Shown here one piece after another: positions 1 through 10,989 of a DNA stretch of 64,000 nucleotides. The stretch lies in the NCBI RefSeq assembly GCF_026210795.1, contig NC_089429.1:1984001-2048000 (forward strand). Reading direction: 5' to 3'. Under the pieces are notes generated by a model, which saw only the letters and a program-made list of their open reading frames with translations, made no database searches and was not told where the DNA came from. The DNA comes from Rhizophagus irregularis. Lineage: Eukaryota. Positions within the stretch are counted from its first letter, which is position 1. Each line of letters begins with the position of its first letter. The translations under genes and the position numbers were made by a program.

Positions 1-131
1 AAAGGTTCACTCTCGTCGCCAATCTTCTTTATAATCTGTCTATACAACACGCTGGATAATCCTCTATATGCCGCTTTTGCAGAGAATACTCCACAGTTCT
101 GACACTGGTTTATTACGATTGATGTTGACAT
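1..131 (-). CDS. Partial hypothetical protein of the virus-like element (MSTSIVINQCQNCGVFS...)
   Basis: ATG at 131 on minus, open to the window edge, CxxC motif, preceded by a TTAAAGATAAC variant of the element's upstream motif. Confidence 0.5.
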   Translation of the reverse strand, partial: MSTSIVINQCQNCGVFSAKAAYRGLSSVLYRQIIKKIGDESEP

Positions 132-283
132 GGCTATCTTTCTTTGATTATTCGCTCACTTAGTATCGTTCACAATCTTTTTTATATATTGTTATCTTTA
201 AATACCTGTCATTTGTAGAAAAAAAAATAACTGGCATTAAGGGATCAATCGTTGGAAAGACCGGAAGACCGGAGGACTGACCA

Positions 284-868
284 TTAGGAAGCGCAGTCCT
301 TGCACAACTTGTCCGTTAAGTCACTCGGGCTTACAGGCATGAGACATTCCCTACACAACTCAATATTAAGCTCTGCAAGTCTCGGGGCATGGTCCTCCAA
401 AGTTCGTGGACGACCGGAAGGACCGGAGGAAGGTGTCCCATTAGTCGTATCCTGCTGTAAGATAAAATCATCATATTCATCTTGGTCAGCCTGAATAGCG
501 GCCCTGATTTGTTGTATATCATTGAAAGTTAACCGCTGGCCATCAAGATTTTCCTCATTATAGCGTGTTTCATTGATGATTTCCTCTATAAGCTCCTCCT
601 CTTCAGAATGAACAAGGTAGTAGTCCTCGACTACCTCGTAGTCACTCTCAACCAGTCTATGATACGTTCTAGTACCGTGTTGAATATAGCGTCCTGTATC
701 TGTATTTAAATATACAGGTTGTTCCTGGGGTGGAGGCAGTGCAGTTTGTCTACGGATAAGCCTTCCATTGATATAATCATGGGATTCCATAACTATTCGA
801 TTAAAGGTATCTCCACCAACACGGATTGGACGTCCGGTTATAGGATTAGTTATATAAGGGTATGACAT
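284..868 (-). CDS. Hypothetical protein with two 2-cysteine-adaptor-like repeats and C-terminal Zn-binding motif
   Basis: NPITGRPIRVGGDTF and NTDTGRYIQHGTRTY resemble the NPxTGRxI motif of large-DNA-virus 2C-adaptor domains; C-terminal CREC...CKDC. Confidence 0.6.
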   Translation of the reverse strand: MSYPYITNPITGRPIRVGGDTFNRIVMESHDYINGRLIRRQTALPPPQEQPVYLNTDTGRYIQHGTRTYHRLVESDYEVVEDYYLVHSEEEELIEEIINETRYNEENLDGQRLTFNDIQQIRAAIQADQDEYDDFILQQDTTNGTPSSGPSGRPRTLEDHAPRLAELNIELCRECLMPVSPSDLTDKLCKDCAS

Positions 869-1219
869 GTCTTTTTTCTGTACGTGTCTACATACCTAAT
901 TGTTATCTTCAATTTACAATAACCAAGTGACATCGTCATCAGTCCTTGTCAAGGCAAACATGGCATAGTAGCCTTTATCTTTATTAAATTTATTTATCGA
1001 ACTTACAAAAATAAAACAAAATTTTCAAAGTACAAAAAGAAAAATAAAATTAACTAAAAACAAAACTATATAGTCTCCAAAACAGTAATAAAGCTATAAA
1101 ATTAATTCAAAAAGGAAAAAATCGCATAACACTAAAACTATCCTGATCTTCCGCCTAGATATATTCCAACCTAAGAAGAAGCAACTATGCAAACAAACCA
1201 ACGAACAATGCGCCCATTA

Positions 1220-4200
1220 TTAAAATCGACACACCACCCTGCTAAAGCTGTTAGTAAGTTGCACCGTTAGACGACCCATAAAACCCGAATAGTGATTAAA
1301 CCAAGGCAAACCATATTTCAACGAGTTCTTTAAATAATCAACGTCGGAGTCACGTGTGGCGTCGGAAAGGGTCGGAGGAGGTAAAGTTGAGAAAGGTAAG
1401 TACGTAGACTTTGGCAAATTTGAAGGCCGAGAAAGTTTGAGTTTATGAGTAATATTCATCGCGTCTTCCCATTTAGATTTATCATAGGAGCGCGGTAGCC
1501 AAATTCGTTTTCTAATCTTTTGGATAAAGTGATTGTGGATAGCAGAGATAATCTTCATCGCAGAGTTACGTGGAATAGAAAGTTCTTCAAAAAATTCTAC
1601 AAAGGATTTTGGAAGGCAGCCACGGACGAGGCTATATGAAGTCCAATTTGAAGAAGAAAAGGACCAACAAGGAAGAGATTTAAAGTTGTTAATAATTAAA
1701 GAGGGATCTTTCTTAACGAGATCACCAGCTTCTTGGAGTTTGTTGATAAAGTGATGTTGGTACGAGAGGAGAATCTGTTCCATAGCGATTCGTCTACATT
1801 TGCACATAAACAAGTGCATGAAATCTTCCTTGGAGTCGAGGCACGAACGACACAATAAAATGTCGATATACAAGTCCGGGCGAATTCTTTTAAGATGTTC
1901 CAAGGTAGGCAAATCTTCCAAAAAGAGTTTGAATTTAAAGGTGCGATGAAAGGAAGCATGAGCATGAGTAAATGAAGCATCATGCTGAGGTTCAGAATTT
2001 AGCGAGAACCAGGTAAGATCCCAATCAATACCGAAATCTGAGATAGAAGATAAAGCAATGGTAAAGTTAAAACGCGATAAACGCGTTAATCTATGCATCC
2101 ACAGCATTTGCGAATATTGCTTAAATAGGCATCGTGGGTTGGATTCGCATAAAATATCATCATATTTTAATAAGAAATCGTGAGGAGATACTTGATCCAG
2201 ATCAGAAAGAAGAATTGCTAAAGAAGAAGTATGCGCAGAGTTGGCCAGAGAGTCCGCGTAGTCATTATAAAAATTACCAGAGTGACCTTTCACTTTAACA
2301 GCCGTGACGGATAAAGATTTGGAGGAAATGAGACGTTCAATAATAGCCCAGAGTTCAAAATTGGTGGTCTTGTAATAAAGCCTACTATTAGAATAAGAAA
2401 AGGTAGCACATAGACGAAGACCGTCTATGGCAGATTGAGAGTCAGTATAGATAGTGACCGTGGAAGACGGAGGAGTGACAGTAAGAGCAGCATGTATAGC
2501 GGCGATTTCAGCTCTTGTAGAAGAAGGCCAATTGTGAAAAATGCCATGAGCGTGAGCAGCGATAGATTGGAAAAAACCAGCGCCATCAAGGACTTGTACC
2601 CAAGACCAACCCATAGAAACATCAGGAGTGCCAAGGTTAATTAAAGAACCATCAGTATAAAAACAATAATGATTATCAGGAGGAGTCGCTAACGGTGAGG
2701 CAGCAAAAGCAAAAGAGGCAGCCGAACCCAAGGAGGGAAAAGGAGAGGGAGAAGGGAGAGTGATCACATCTTCTTGTGAGAAATTAGGTAGAATGTCCAA
2801 ACGACCATAATAGGATCTTACAATTTCGTCAAGGTCCGCCCAAGTAAAAGGAGAAGTAATAGTGGTGGTGTCATGTCTAATACGCTCCTGCGTTGTTGGG
2901 AGAAGTAAAGATCTAAGAGGAGAAAGTTTAGGGATGATACATAGAGGAGTAACATCTGTTGGATTGCTTTTAGTATGGGTAACCGGTACATGTTTAGAAC
3001 AACCGGGACAAGGAGTAAGCGTGATAACATCATTAGGTCGAGTCGCACAATCGGAGATCCAATGGACAATCTTGCAGGAATATTGTTGTTTGCTAAGTTG
3101 TTTTCCAAAAAGAGGAGAGCCATCTTCGTCTAAAGTCACGATCCATTTCATGGATTTTCTGGAGGAACCAAAAGCTGGAACTAAATCAATGTTTGAAGGA
3201 ATAACTTCTGAAGAGAATTGATCCAAGAGCAGAGAGTTGGAATTTGGAACAGTGACACATTGGTGGATGTCATTGAACCATTTATGTGGGAGGACTCGAT
3301 GGCCTTTCCTACTTGATAGATTGGATAAATAAACATTCCAAGTGATCATATGAGTTCCTTGAGGCGTGATGAATTGAGATAAGTAATAGAGTTGCAAACT
3401 TCTTAGACGTCGGAAGTAAGAGATAAAAATTTTTGGAGTCATCACTTCAAATAAAGGTGTGTGACCATCAGGTACGGTGAGGTCAGATGAAGTTGAAAGT
3501 CGAGAACGTGACAACTTGAAAGGAGTGGTGGTCAGGAGAGCAATAGTGCAAGCGATATAATCCTGTTTAAAAGCAAAAAGTTTAGACCATAAAGTCCAAT
3601 CTTTAACTAACAATGGAGAAATAGGAATCAAAAAAGAAAATTGAATTAAACGTAATCTATATAAAAATAAATATTTCATAAAAAGGGAAGAAGAATTAGC
3701 TAATAAAAACAAATTAGTTAAATGTGTTTGTGATTGGTGAAAAAATAAATTAATTAATCCCAAGCCTTGAGATAAAAACAAAATAGAATCTGGGAGTACA
3801 CGTGAAAAATTGGCCTTATGTTTAATCAAGGAACGGATACTGCTGGTTGCCAAGGCACATTCAGATTCAGAGAGGTGTGTGACTTGCATGCGATATTCCA
3901 ATTTCGGAATAAGGACGGTATTGTGTAAATAAACTACTTGTTTAGCAGATAATTTGGCGGGGCGAACGGTAGCAGCGAAAGAGTTACATTCTCGAGCAAC
4001 TTGCTTTCTGACAAAATCACGAGATCCAGCGACATTGAACCAGACGCCCAGGAAGCGAAAAGAACTATTCATGGAAATAGGCACAATAGGAATAGAAGGA
4101 ACTTTGTTCAGTCCAGATAATTGCAAGTCAAACACGACTGGAGAAGGCGAAGGAGCTGAAGTGGGAGGCAACGTATTAGTAATTAAAACATATTTGTTGT

Positions 4201-6841
4201 GATTAGCGGAGGTATTATTGATTTGATAAAATTCTTCCGTTATAGAGAGCATCAATTCCATTCCAGATTTGGATGATGAAATTAAAGTGGAATCATCCAT
4301 AAAGACCAAGTTGTTGATTCGTAATTCATCTGAACTTGTCTCAGCCAAGGAATTAAATAAAGAGGGAGCACAAAGTGTATATGGATCCATCATTTCATTT
4401 TTAAGAACGGTCAATAAAGGGTCTATATATATAACCCAAAGCAAGGGAGAGATAACTTCGCCTTGATCTATACCAATGCGAACACGGTAAGAGGGAGTAA
4501 TTCCATGAGCAGTAAAAACGCGATTAGAGCGTTGCATGAAAAGGGATAAAATAAACTTGATAGCAGAGGCAGGAAGTTTGATGCGTTCAAGAGCGAAACG
4601 CAACATCTTGAGATCAACCGAGTCGAAAGCCTTTGAAATATCTTGCGAAAGGATCCAAAGCGGCGATTTGTTGACATGAGCATCATGGATAATAGATTCT
4701 AGAACGACAATAGGGTCGCGACAAGAACCACCAGGGAGACCAGCGAAGTTTCCTCCTTTGAGAATTTCCTTTGAAGCCAAAATGGAAGCGAGACGATTAT
4801 AAAAAAGTTTGACCAAAGATTTCCTAATTACTTCAAGTAAAGTAATAGGTCTTGTATTTTTGAGTTGACATTTCCATTCGTGAGGTTTGGGGATAGGAAA
4901 GACCATAGCTTGACGCCATAAATCAGGAATATCTGCAGTATGGAAGCATGATTGGACCAGAATTAAGACCAAAGCCAAAGTGTTGGAACCCAGATGCTTA
5001 AGCATCTCATAAGTAATCATAGAAGGACCAGGGGCTTTGTCATTAGGCATAGAAGAGACCGTAGACAACCATTCTTCTAGAGTAGGAGGATCCAGTAAAG
5101 AGTTATAAATAGAGGAATCCACATCGTCCATAGGGCGATAGGCAGAAGACCATCTTTCAGGGAGAGTTGAAATGTGTTCTGGAGGAGATGATTTTATCGG
5201 TACGGAATTCTGAAAGTGGTTGATAACAGCAACGTCAATATCATGTGGGTCCGTCAATAATTTTGGATGTGTAGGGTGGTCAATAAAGACACGATCCAAG
5301 GTAATACGACGTCGAGTTCTTGAGAGGGCGGAAGCAATAAATGAAGAGATGTCAGTTTCAAAATTGTTATCCCTATCATCCAATTTAGCACGAATGGAAG
5401 AATCTTGAAAATCTTTTTCTTTAAGGAGAAGGAGGCCATAAAGGGCGCTAGAAATAATCTTTAATGAATCCAATAGAGATTTAAAATCGTCTTGCCTACA
5501 AATGGATAAAGAAACAGGCAAAATAGGGGGAGAAGGAATAACCTTCTTATAAAAATGAAGGATTTTTTGAAGTCTAATAAAATGAGTGGACCAAGTACGT
5601 TCATATCTATTATAATAAGTGGAAGGATATTTTCGCAACAAACGAACTGAATGCGAAAGACGGCTGAGAAAACGATAATGTTGAGTTAAGGCTTCCAAAT
5701 CCTTGGGCATCGTGGGTGTATGCTGATTACCAACTGTAACAGATGGAAGCAAAGCATTAGCAGCTTTCACTATACGAGAATGTAAATATTCGCATTGTTG
5801 ATTAATATGCCATGTTGAAAAGGTTGATAGTGGTACGTCGCATAAAGAATCAGTATGAGTAGAGAAGGATTCCCATTGTTGATCAGTAACTGAATCAAAT
5901 ATGAATATGCGGCGAGTTCGACGTTGAAGTTGTTTAGCGCGAGCAACCTTGATTGATGCAAACAAGAGTGAATCATCAAAATAAGTGATGATGGGATTGT
6001 GATCGGAAGAACAGGTGTCTTGAGCGTCAAATATATAGGAGGTGAGAGTAAAACTTTTCAACATTGGACAAGACCAAACATAGTCTATACGAGTAACTTG
6101 ATCGTCACGGTGAAAGGTGCCTAAGGAATCAGAAGCATTAACAGGAATAGTTTCTTCATATCCATGAGATAAAAGATGATGTAGTAAACAATAAGTTCGT
6201 TGGGAAGCAACAGAAGGGCGGTTAAAATAAATAGGATAGTAAGTGTCTAAATGCATGTTGAAATCGCCGCAAATGGCGTGATAAAAATTTTGTTGTTTAG
6301 TTTGCACTAATAATTGTAGAAGAAGGTCAATGGTTTCTGATCGTAATTTGGAATCGGAAACAGGGGGAATATAAATAACAAAAATACGCAATTTAACGTT
6401 GCCTTTAAAATAAAGATCAACAGATAAAATACGTGAGGAATGTGAAATAAAATCTTGTACATGGGAAGCAAGGGATTTTTCAATGAAAAGGGAAACGCCA
6501 CCAGTAGATTTAACTTGTTTGGTTTTATCTATATCAGATGAAAAGACAGTATAATTAGGAAGGCGTTTGGATAAATAATGGATTTGTTTAGGGGATAAAT
6601 GGGTATCTACGATACCACCAAATGAAATATGTTTAAGATTGAAAAAATTTGAAATTTGTTCAATTTTAACTTGGCTATTATGGCGAAGACCATTAACATT
6701 AAAAGATGAAATATTAAAAGAATTAGGGATAGGGGAAGAGTTTGGAGTAGTAAATAGAGATTCATGTTCAGAAAAAATATAAGTATCTATGGGGTTGGGT
6801 GGGTTACGAACAAATGTATCATAATTAAAATTGTCTGACAT
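1220..6841 (-). CDS. LINE ORF2: AP endonuclease, reverse transcriptase, RNase H, C-terminal Zn motif
   Basis: SFNVNG, GDFN, RIDY, SDH (APE); KAPGP, DISKAFDSV, QGEVISP, FMDD, FLGV (RT); FYTDGS, RAE, YTDSQ, VKGHSG, ADSLA (RNase H); CRSC..H..C. 1873 aa, intact. Confidence 0.95.
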   Translation of the reverse strand: MSDNFNYDTFVRNPPNPIDTYIFSEHESLFTTPNSSPIPNSFNISSFNVNGLRHNSQVKIEQISNFFNLKHISFGGIVDTHLSPKQIHYLSKRLPNYTVFSSDIDKTKQVKSTGGVSLFIEKSLASHVQDFISHSSRILSVDLYFKGNVKLRIFVIYIPPVSDSKLRSETIDLLLQLLVQTKQQNFYHAICGDFNMHLDTYYPIYFNRPSVASQRTYCLLHHLLSHGYEETIPVNASDSLGTFHRDDQVTRIDYVWSCPMLKSFTLTSYIFDAQDTCSSDHNPIITYFDDSLLFASIKVARAKQLQRRTRRIFIFDSVTDQQWESFSTHTDSLCDVPLSTFSTWHINQQCEYLHSRIVKAANALLPSVTVGNQHTPTMPKDLEALTQHYRFLSRLSHSVRLLRKYPSTYYNRYERTWSTHFIRLQKILHFYKKVIPSPPILPVSLSICRQDDFKSLLDSLKIISSALYGLLLLKEKDFQDSSIRAKLDDRDNNFETDISSFIASALSRTRRRITLDRVFIDHPTHPKLLTDPHDIDVAVINHFQNSVPIKSSPPEHISTLPERWSSAYRPMDDVDSSIYNSLLDPPTLEEWLSTVSSMPNDKAPGPSMITYEMLKHLGSNTLALVLILVQSCFHTADIPDLWRQAMVFPIPKPHEWKCQLKNTRPITLLEVIRKSLVKLFYNRLASILASKEILKGGNFAGLPGGSCRDPIVVLESIIHDAHVNKSPLWILSQDISKAFDSVDLKMLRFALERIKLPASAIKFILSLFMQRSNRVFTAHGITPSYRVRIGIDQGEVISPLLWVIYIDPLLTVLKNEMMDPYTLCAPSLFNSLAETSSDELRINNLVFMDDSTLISSSKSGMELMLSITEEFYQINNTSANHNKYVLITNTLPPTSAPSPSPVVFDLQLSGLNKVPSIPIVPISMNSSFRFLGVWFNVAGSRDFVRKQVARECNSFAATVRPAKLSAKQVVYLHNTVLIPKLEYRMQVTHLSESECALATSSIRSLIKHKANFSRVLPDSILFLSQGLGLINLFFHQSQTHLTNLFLLANSSSLFMKYLFLYRLRLIQFSFLIPISPLLVKDWTLWSKLFAFKQDYIACTIALLTTTPFKLSRSRLSTSSDLTVPDGHTPLFEVMTPKIFISYFRRLRSLQLYYLSQFITPQGTHMITWNVYLSNLSSRKGHRVLPHKWFNDIHQCVTVPNSNSLLLDQFSSEVIPSNIDLVPAFGSSRKSMKWIVTLDEDGSPLFGKQLSKQQYSCKIVHWISDCATRPNDVITLTPCPGCSKHVPVTHTKSNPTDVTPLCIIPKLSPLRSLLLPTTQERIRHDTTTITSPFTWADLDEIVRSYYGRLDILPNFSQEDVITLPSPSPFPSLGSAASFAFAASPLATPPDNHYCFYTDGSLINLGTPDVSMGWSWVQVLDGAGFFQSIAAHAHGIFHNWPSSTRAEIAAIHAALTVTPPSSTVTIYTDSQSAIDGLRLCATFSYSNSRLYYKTTNFELWAIIERLISSKSLSVTAVKVKGHSGNFYNDYADSLANSAHTSSLAILLSDLDQVSPHDFLLKYDDILCESNPRCLFKQYSQMLWMHRLTRLSRFNFTIALSSISDFGIDWDLTWFSLNSEPQHDASFTHAHASFHRTFKFKLFLEDLPTLEHLKRIRPDLYIDILLCRSCLDSKEDFMHLFMCKCRRIAMEQILLSYQHHFINKLQEAGDLVKKDPSLIINNFKSLPCWSFSSSNWTSYSLVRGCLPKSFVEFFEELSIPRNSAMKIISAIHNHFIQKIRKRIWLPRSYDKSKWEDAMNITHKLKLSRPSNLPKSTYLPFSTLPPPTLSDATRDSDVDYLKNSLKYGLPWFNHYSGFMGRLTVQLTNSFSRVVCRF

Positions 6842-6888
6842 TAGAACACAATGATAATAAAGTACGGGGAAAGGAGGTGAGAAGTCAG

Positions 6889-9012
6889 TTATTGCGAAGG
6901 AGCAGAAGCTCGATCAGAGGGAGAACCACTAAGAGAAGCAATAAAACCTTGGATGGAACCAGTGAGCGATTGTAAGGTGTCTTTAATCGCTTTTTGATCT
7001 TGAATAACTGAGTTCAATTCATCTTGCGGGGAAGGGTTAGCGGTGGAAATGGGAGCAGAGTGTGTAGTCTTGTCGGGTTGAGATTTAGGAGAAGAGGATT
7101 TCATTGGACCAGAAGACGAAGGAGCATCGGGATGTTGAATTAAGGTACCAGTGTTTTCAGGAGGGTCTTCTTCCATTCGATCAGGTTCAGAATTAACAAC
7201 AGGAGCGGAGGGAGGATTGATGCCTAAATGGGCTTCAATAGCAGATAGCCGTTGATTGTTAAGTTCAAGATTTGAAATGCGGGATTCCACACGAGCAACA
7301 TCTTGTTGAAGATTCTTTAAAACATTAAGAATCTTAAGGGCAGCATCAAGAGCATTAGGAGAATTCGGATCCGGGAGTGGAGCACGAGCATTGGACGAAA
7401 AAGAAACAGATCTATCTTTGCCTTTTCGATTATTGGAAGGCGAGCGTCCATGAGCAGTTGAGGAGGAGTTAACTGGACCAGAGGAAGAGGATTTAGTATT
7501 GTTAGGGCTAGAATTATTATTATCAGAGCGGTTAGAGTTGGAATTAGAACGTTGAGCAGAGGCAGAACGGTTCCGAGATTTAGAACGAGAACGAGAACGA
7601 GAATTGTTGCGCGGCGTTCTATGTTGGGTGGGCCTTTGGCCAATGTTGAAGCGTTCTTTAAGAGCAGCCACAGGGTCACGTGTACGTGAACGACCACGGC
7701 GTTGATTAAGCGGACAGGAGGTAGGAGCACAACCGAGTTTACCACATCGGTGGCAAAGAGCTTTCGAATCGTTGGATGTTCCCCATCGAAGAGTGCGACC
7801 TTGGAAACCAATAGTTTGCTCCATAGCGGCATCCATTGTTTCTTGCGAGTTGAAGGTAACATAAGCCCAAGGTTTGGGTTTATAAGAATTTAGGGAAAGG
7901 GGAATGTTAATAGCTTTTGCTCCATGTTCTTTGACCAAAGGAGCGAGATGGATATCTTTAGTATTAGCGGGAAGTCCAGAGAGAACAGCCACGAACGCTC
8001 TTCGAGCAGCTTTTTGATCTAAAGAGTAATGGCAAGGGGTAACACGTAAGCAGGTGGAAAAGCAGTAAACTGCCCATTAATTTGTGAAGTGGGAGATGGC
8101 ATCGGCGTGATCATATATGATGCGAGCTTGTTGCATCTTAGCACCTTTTCTTGAGTAAAGATGGAGGGCAAGGAGATTGCCGAATTTCTTGAAATACGAT
8201 TGGAGTTGCGGTTTAGTAATAAAGAACGGTATATCCGTGACTTGAATTGCACGGAGGTCTTCATCTGACCGGAGTTGTTTGGGATCGTACAGGTGGAATT
8301 GTAGGTCCGGAAATTCAGAGTGTGTACTACCAACACACATGTCGCGGGCCTCCGCAGTATGGAAGTGAATGATAAGACGCTTAGCGTCCCCTGAACCAGT
8401 CATACGAGCACGACCGGTATATGATTCGTATGTTTCTAAAAATAAATTGTTAACGGCATCAATGATTGCCTTATTAGTTTTAAGTTTCTCGAGAGTTTGG
8501 GGAGCAGAGTTGGGCGCAGCCGCAGCCAGATAATCTTGACGATTAATGGTAGTAGTTGGGGAGGGATCGACAGCCTGATCGGGCGATGTACCATCATTCA
8601 CGTCCATATTAGGGGACGCGTTAGGGGATGAGTTATTTTCTTTGTTTCGAGGTGCATGAATAGACGCGTCAGCTCCAAAGGACGCGTCTTGGCCAGGCGC
8701 AGTAGGCGCAGCAGAATTATTCGGGGTAGAAGCTTGAGTATTTTCTTGAGAAGTGCTGCGGGAATTATTTTGTTGAGGAATAGCGGTCGAAGTTGAACCA
8801 ACTAAACCACCGTCAGCTGGCACGTCGGCAACGAAATCTTCATCCATGGTGTTATCAGTGATGATGCGGGAACGTTTTTGAGTAGTGCTATCACTATCAG
8901 AGCCAGAGTTATCGGAGAGTTGTTTTTTATTATTTTTCTTTTCTTGACGGGCAGCCTTATTACTATTAGGGTTATAGCTGCCGCCACCTCTTCTAGCAAG
9001 GTTTCGAGACAT
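6889..9012 (-). pseudogene. LINE ORF1 (RRM-like + zinc knuckle) with a single premature stop
   Basis: 8077..9012 and 6889..7992 are in the same frame. TAA at 8077-8079 corresponds to CAA in copy 2. IQVTDIP and WAYVTF RRM-like motifs, CHRCGKLGCAPTSC knuckle. Confidence 0.85.
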
Positions 9013-9553
9013 GTTAGAAGGTATGAGTTGGGTAAAATATAAGAGTTGTTAGTACGAAGATATAAAATTTCCTTTTCCGAAAATTTTTGGTCAATAGATC
9101 GTCGGGAAGAGATCTATCAGTCCTTATCAGTCCTTGTCAAAAAAATGCGAGGATGCCTGATGACGAGGTTACATGGTCATCAGTCCTTGTCGCGAAACAC
9201 GAGGATACCTGATGAATAAGTTATTGGATTATTGGCCTAAAAAGCATTCATGGAAAAACTATGGATTATATTACAGAAAATGTGAACGGAGTTCATGTCA
9301 CGTGATACCCTGAACAAATGTGTAGAGTGTCCCGTGATTTCATGCGGTACGTAGATCGTTTCCTTTTTGGGCGATACCCGTTCCACAAAAAATCGATTTT
9401 GGTAAAAATGCGTTTGGAATCTTGTGTAACATAAATTTCCTTTTTCGGTAATTCGGGATTACGCGGTAATGCCGGCCGGATCTAAAAAATATGACTCTGC
9501 AGGGTAATTCCTACGAAAGTCAAGTACAAAATGCTTACTCCTGTTGAGTCCAT

Positions 9554-9958
9554 TCATACCACTCCCAGTCCCCAAGGATCGCCTCCCCATCTTTGTTCAC
9601 TTAATGCATACTCTATGGTTTCCCTCTCCTGCAAGTCCACGACCATCCCATTCCTAAGCATTTTCTCCATAATATAAAGCTGATCCTCGGTAAGGCGGTT
9701 TATCCATCTTTTATAGAGGTCGTTTACATCTTCAAACGTTATCCAGTCAATTTCCCTCTTTATATAATGCTTTCCAAGAGCTCGGATTTCACAGTACACA
9801 TCCCCGATCATAGTGGCATAATTTTTCCACCTCTTATATGCCTCTCGACGAACTTCCTGCCACCACACTCTATCTACCTTACTCACTGCAATAAGGTCAG
9901 TATCCGGGATCTTTGCGATAATGCGTTCGACTATTTCTACTGGTAATCGGTCCAACAT
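9554..9958 (-). CDS. F-box-domain protein (element cargo)
   Basis: N-terminal LDRLPVEIVERIIAKI..DLIAVSKVDRVW fits the F-box consensus; conserved in copy 2. Confidence 0.75.
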   Translation of the reverse strand: MLDRLPVEIVERIIAKIPDTDLIAVSKVDRVWWQEVRREAYKRWKNYATMIGDVYCEIRALGKHYIKREIDWITFEDVNDLYKRWINRLTEDQLYIMEKMLRNGMVVDLQERETIEYALSEQRWGGDPWGLGVV

Positions 9959-10989
9959 GATGTTATGTTACTTATACTATAGTTATCTTCAATTACTGTA
10001 TGCCTATTACACATGGATAAAAAATATAAACTAAATTCATACAGAAACCGCTTATATAAGAAGTTCTGCTAAGGTTTTCTCAGCCTCATTCATAGTGACA
10101 GCTCGCTTTGGGGACCTGTTGATGAGTCCTTAGTCACATTATAATACAACTCGAAGAGGGCCTCAAGCTTATCTAGGAGAGCTTGTTTATTCTTGTATGA
10201 TTCGCGGATTTTTGCTATCTTAGCAGTATATGCCGCATTATCTGGGAAGAGTTTTCTGGCCACGAACTTCACATATGATACAGGAGAATTTGCCGTCTGG
10301 ATTCGCTTGATATACTTCACATGGTCCTGGACGAGGTAACTGGTTTTGCTAAACCCAGATACTAATGCGACTACTATAGTATCTTTTAATGCGCGGATAA
10401 TCTTAGGGACAGTTTCGTCAGAGACAACATTAGGCTGAATGCACGATGCCTCGTAAATAACCTCCTCACTAGTGCTGTCAGTAAGGTTGCTTGCCGAAAC
10501 CTGTTTGGCCTAATGCCGAAAGGTGAAACCTCTTATATAGTGCCGAAACGCCGAAACGCCGAAACTGCGAAACCTGTCAAAATTGCGAAACTGCCGAAAC
10601 ATGCCGAAACCTCTATAATAGGTTTCTCCGTAGTTTCGGCATAGTTGATCATAAGATTTGCATATAGTTACGCCAAGTTACACCAATTAATAATATAATT
10701 TAGATGATCAAATAATCTACAGATAAAAGATTAAACTTCAATATTTTACCGTCGTCTTAGTTCTTCTAAGCTTTATCTAGTGTTAGAATTTTCATTTCTA
10801 ACTCCCATATTAATATTATGATATTACACGTTTTTACAGTTTTTTTTTAAGGGGCTTATATTCATTAAAGGAAAATGCGTAACATGCATTTAATAAACCC
10901 AATTCCGTCATCTCCTTTAACACTGAACTAAAGTTTCTTTTACTTTCTTCCGTTTTCTTAATAATAATATTAATAATAAACTGTTTCAA

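Larger units (their letters stand above)
975..9117 (-). mobile_element. Full-length non-LTR retrotransposon (LINE; ORF1 + APE-RT-RNase H ORF2)
   Basis: Two tandem ORFs, T-rich 3' UTR with AATAAA near 980-995, about 100-nt 5' UTR. Ends are approximate and no clear TSD was found. Confidence 0.9.

Noticed and set aside
8077..8079. Programmed readthrough in LINE ORF1
   Set aside because: Copy 2 has CAA at this position, so a simple C-to-T nonsense mutation explains it.
1533..8999. Numerous short antisense or overlapping ORFs within the LINE and element genes
   Set aside because: Shadow frames of long coding sequences with no motifs.
938..9140. TCAGTCCTTGTCA as the LINE target-site duplication
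   Set aside because: The copies lie about 10-25 nt away from the apparent LINE ends and the motif recurs again near 9180, so it is more likely a host-element repeat. TSD unresolved.
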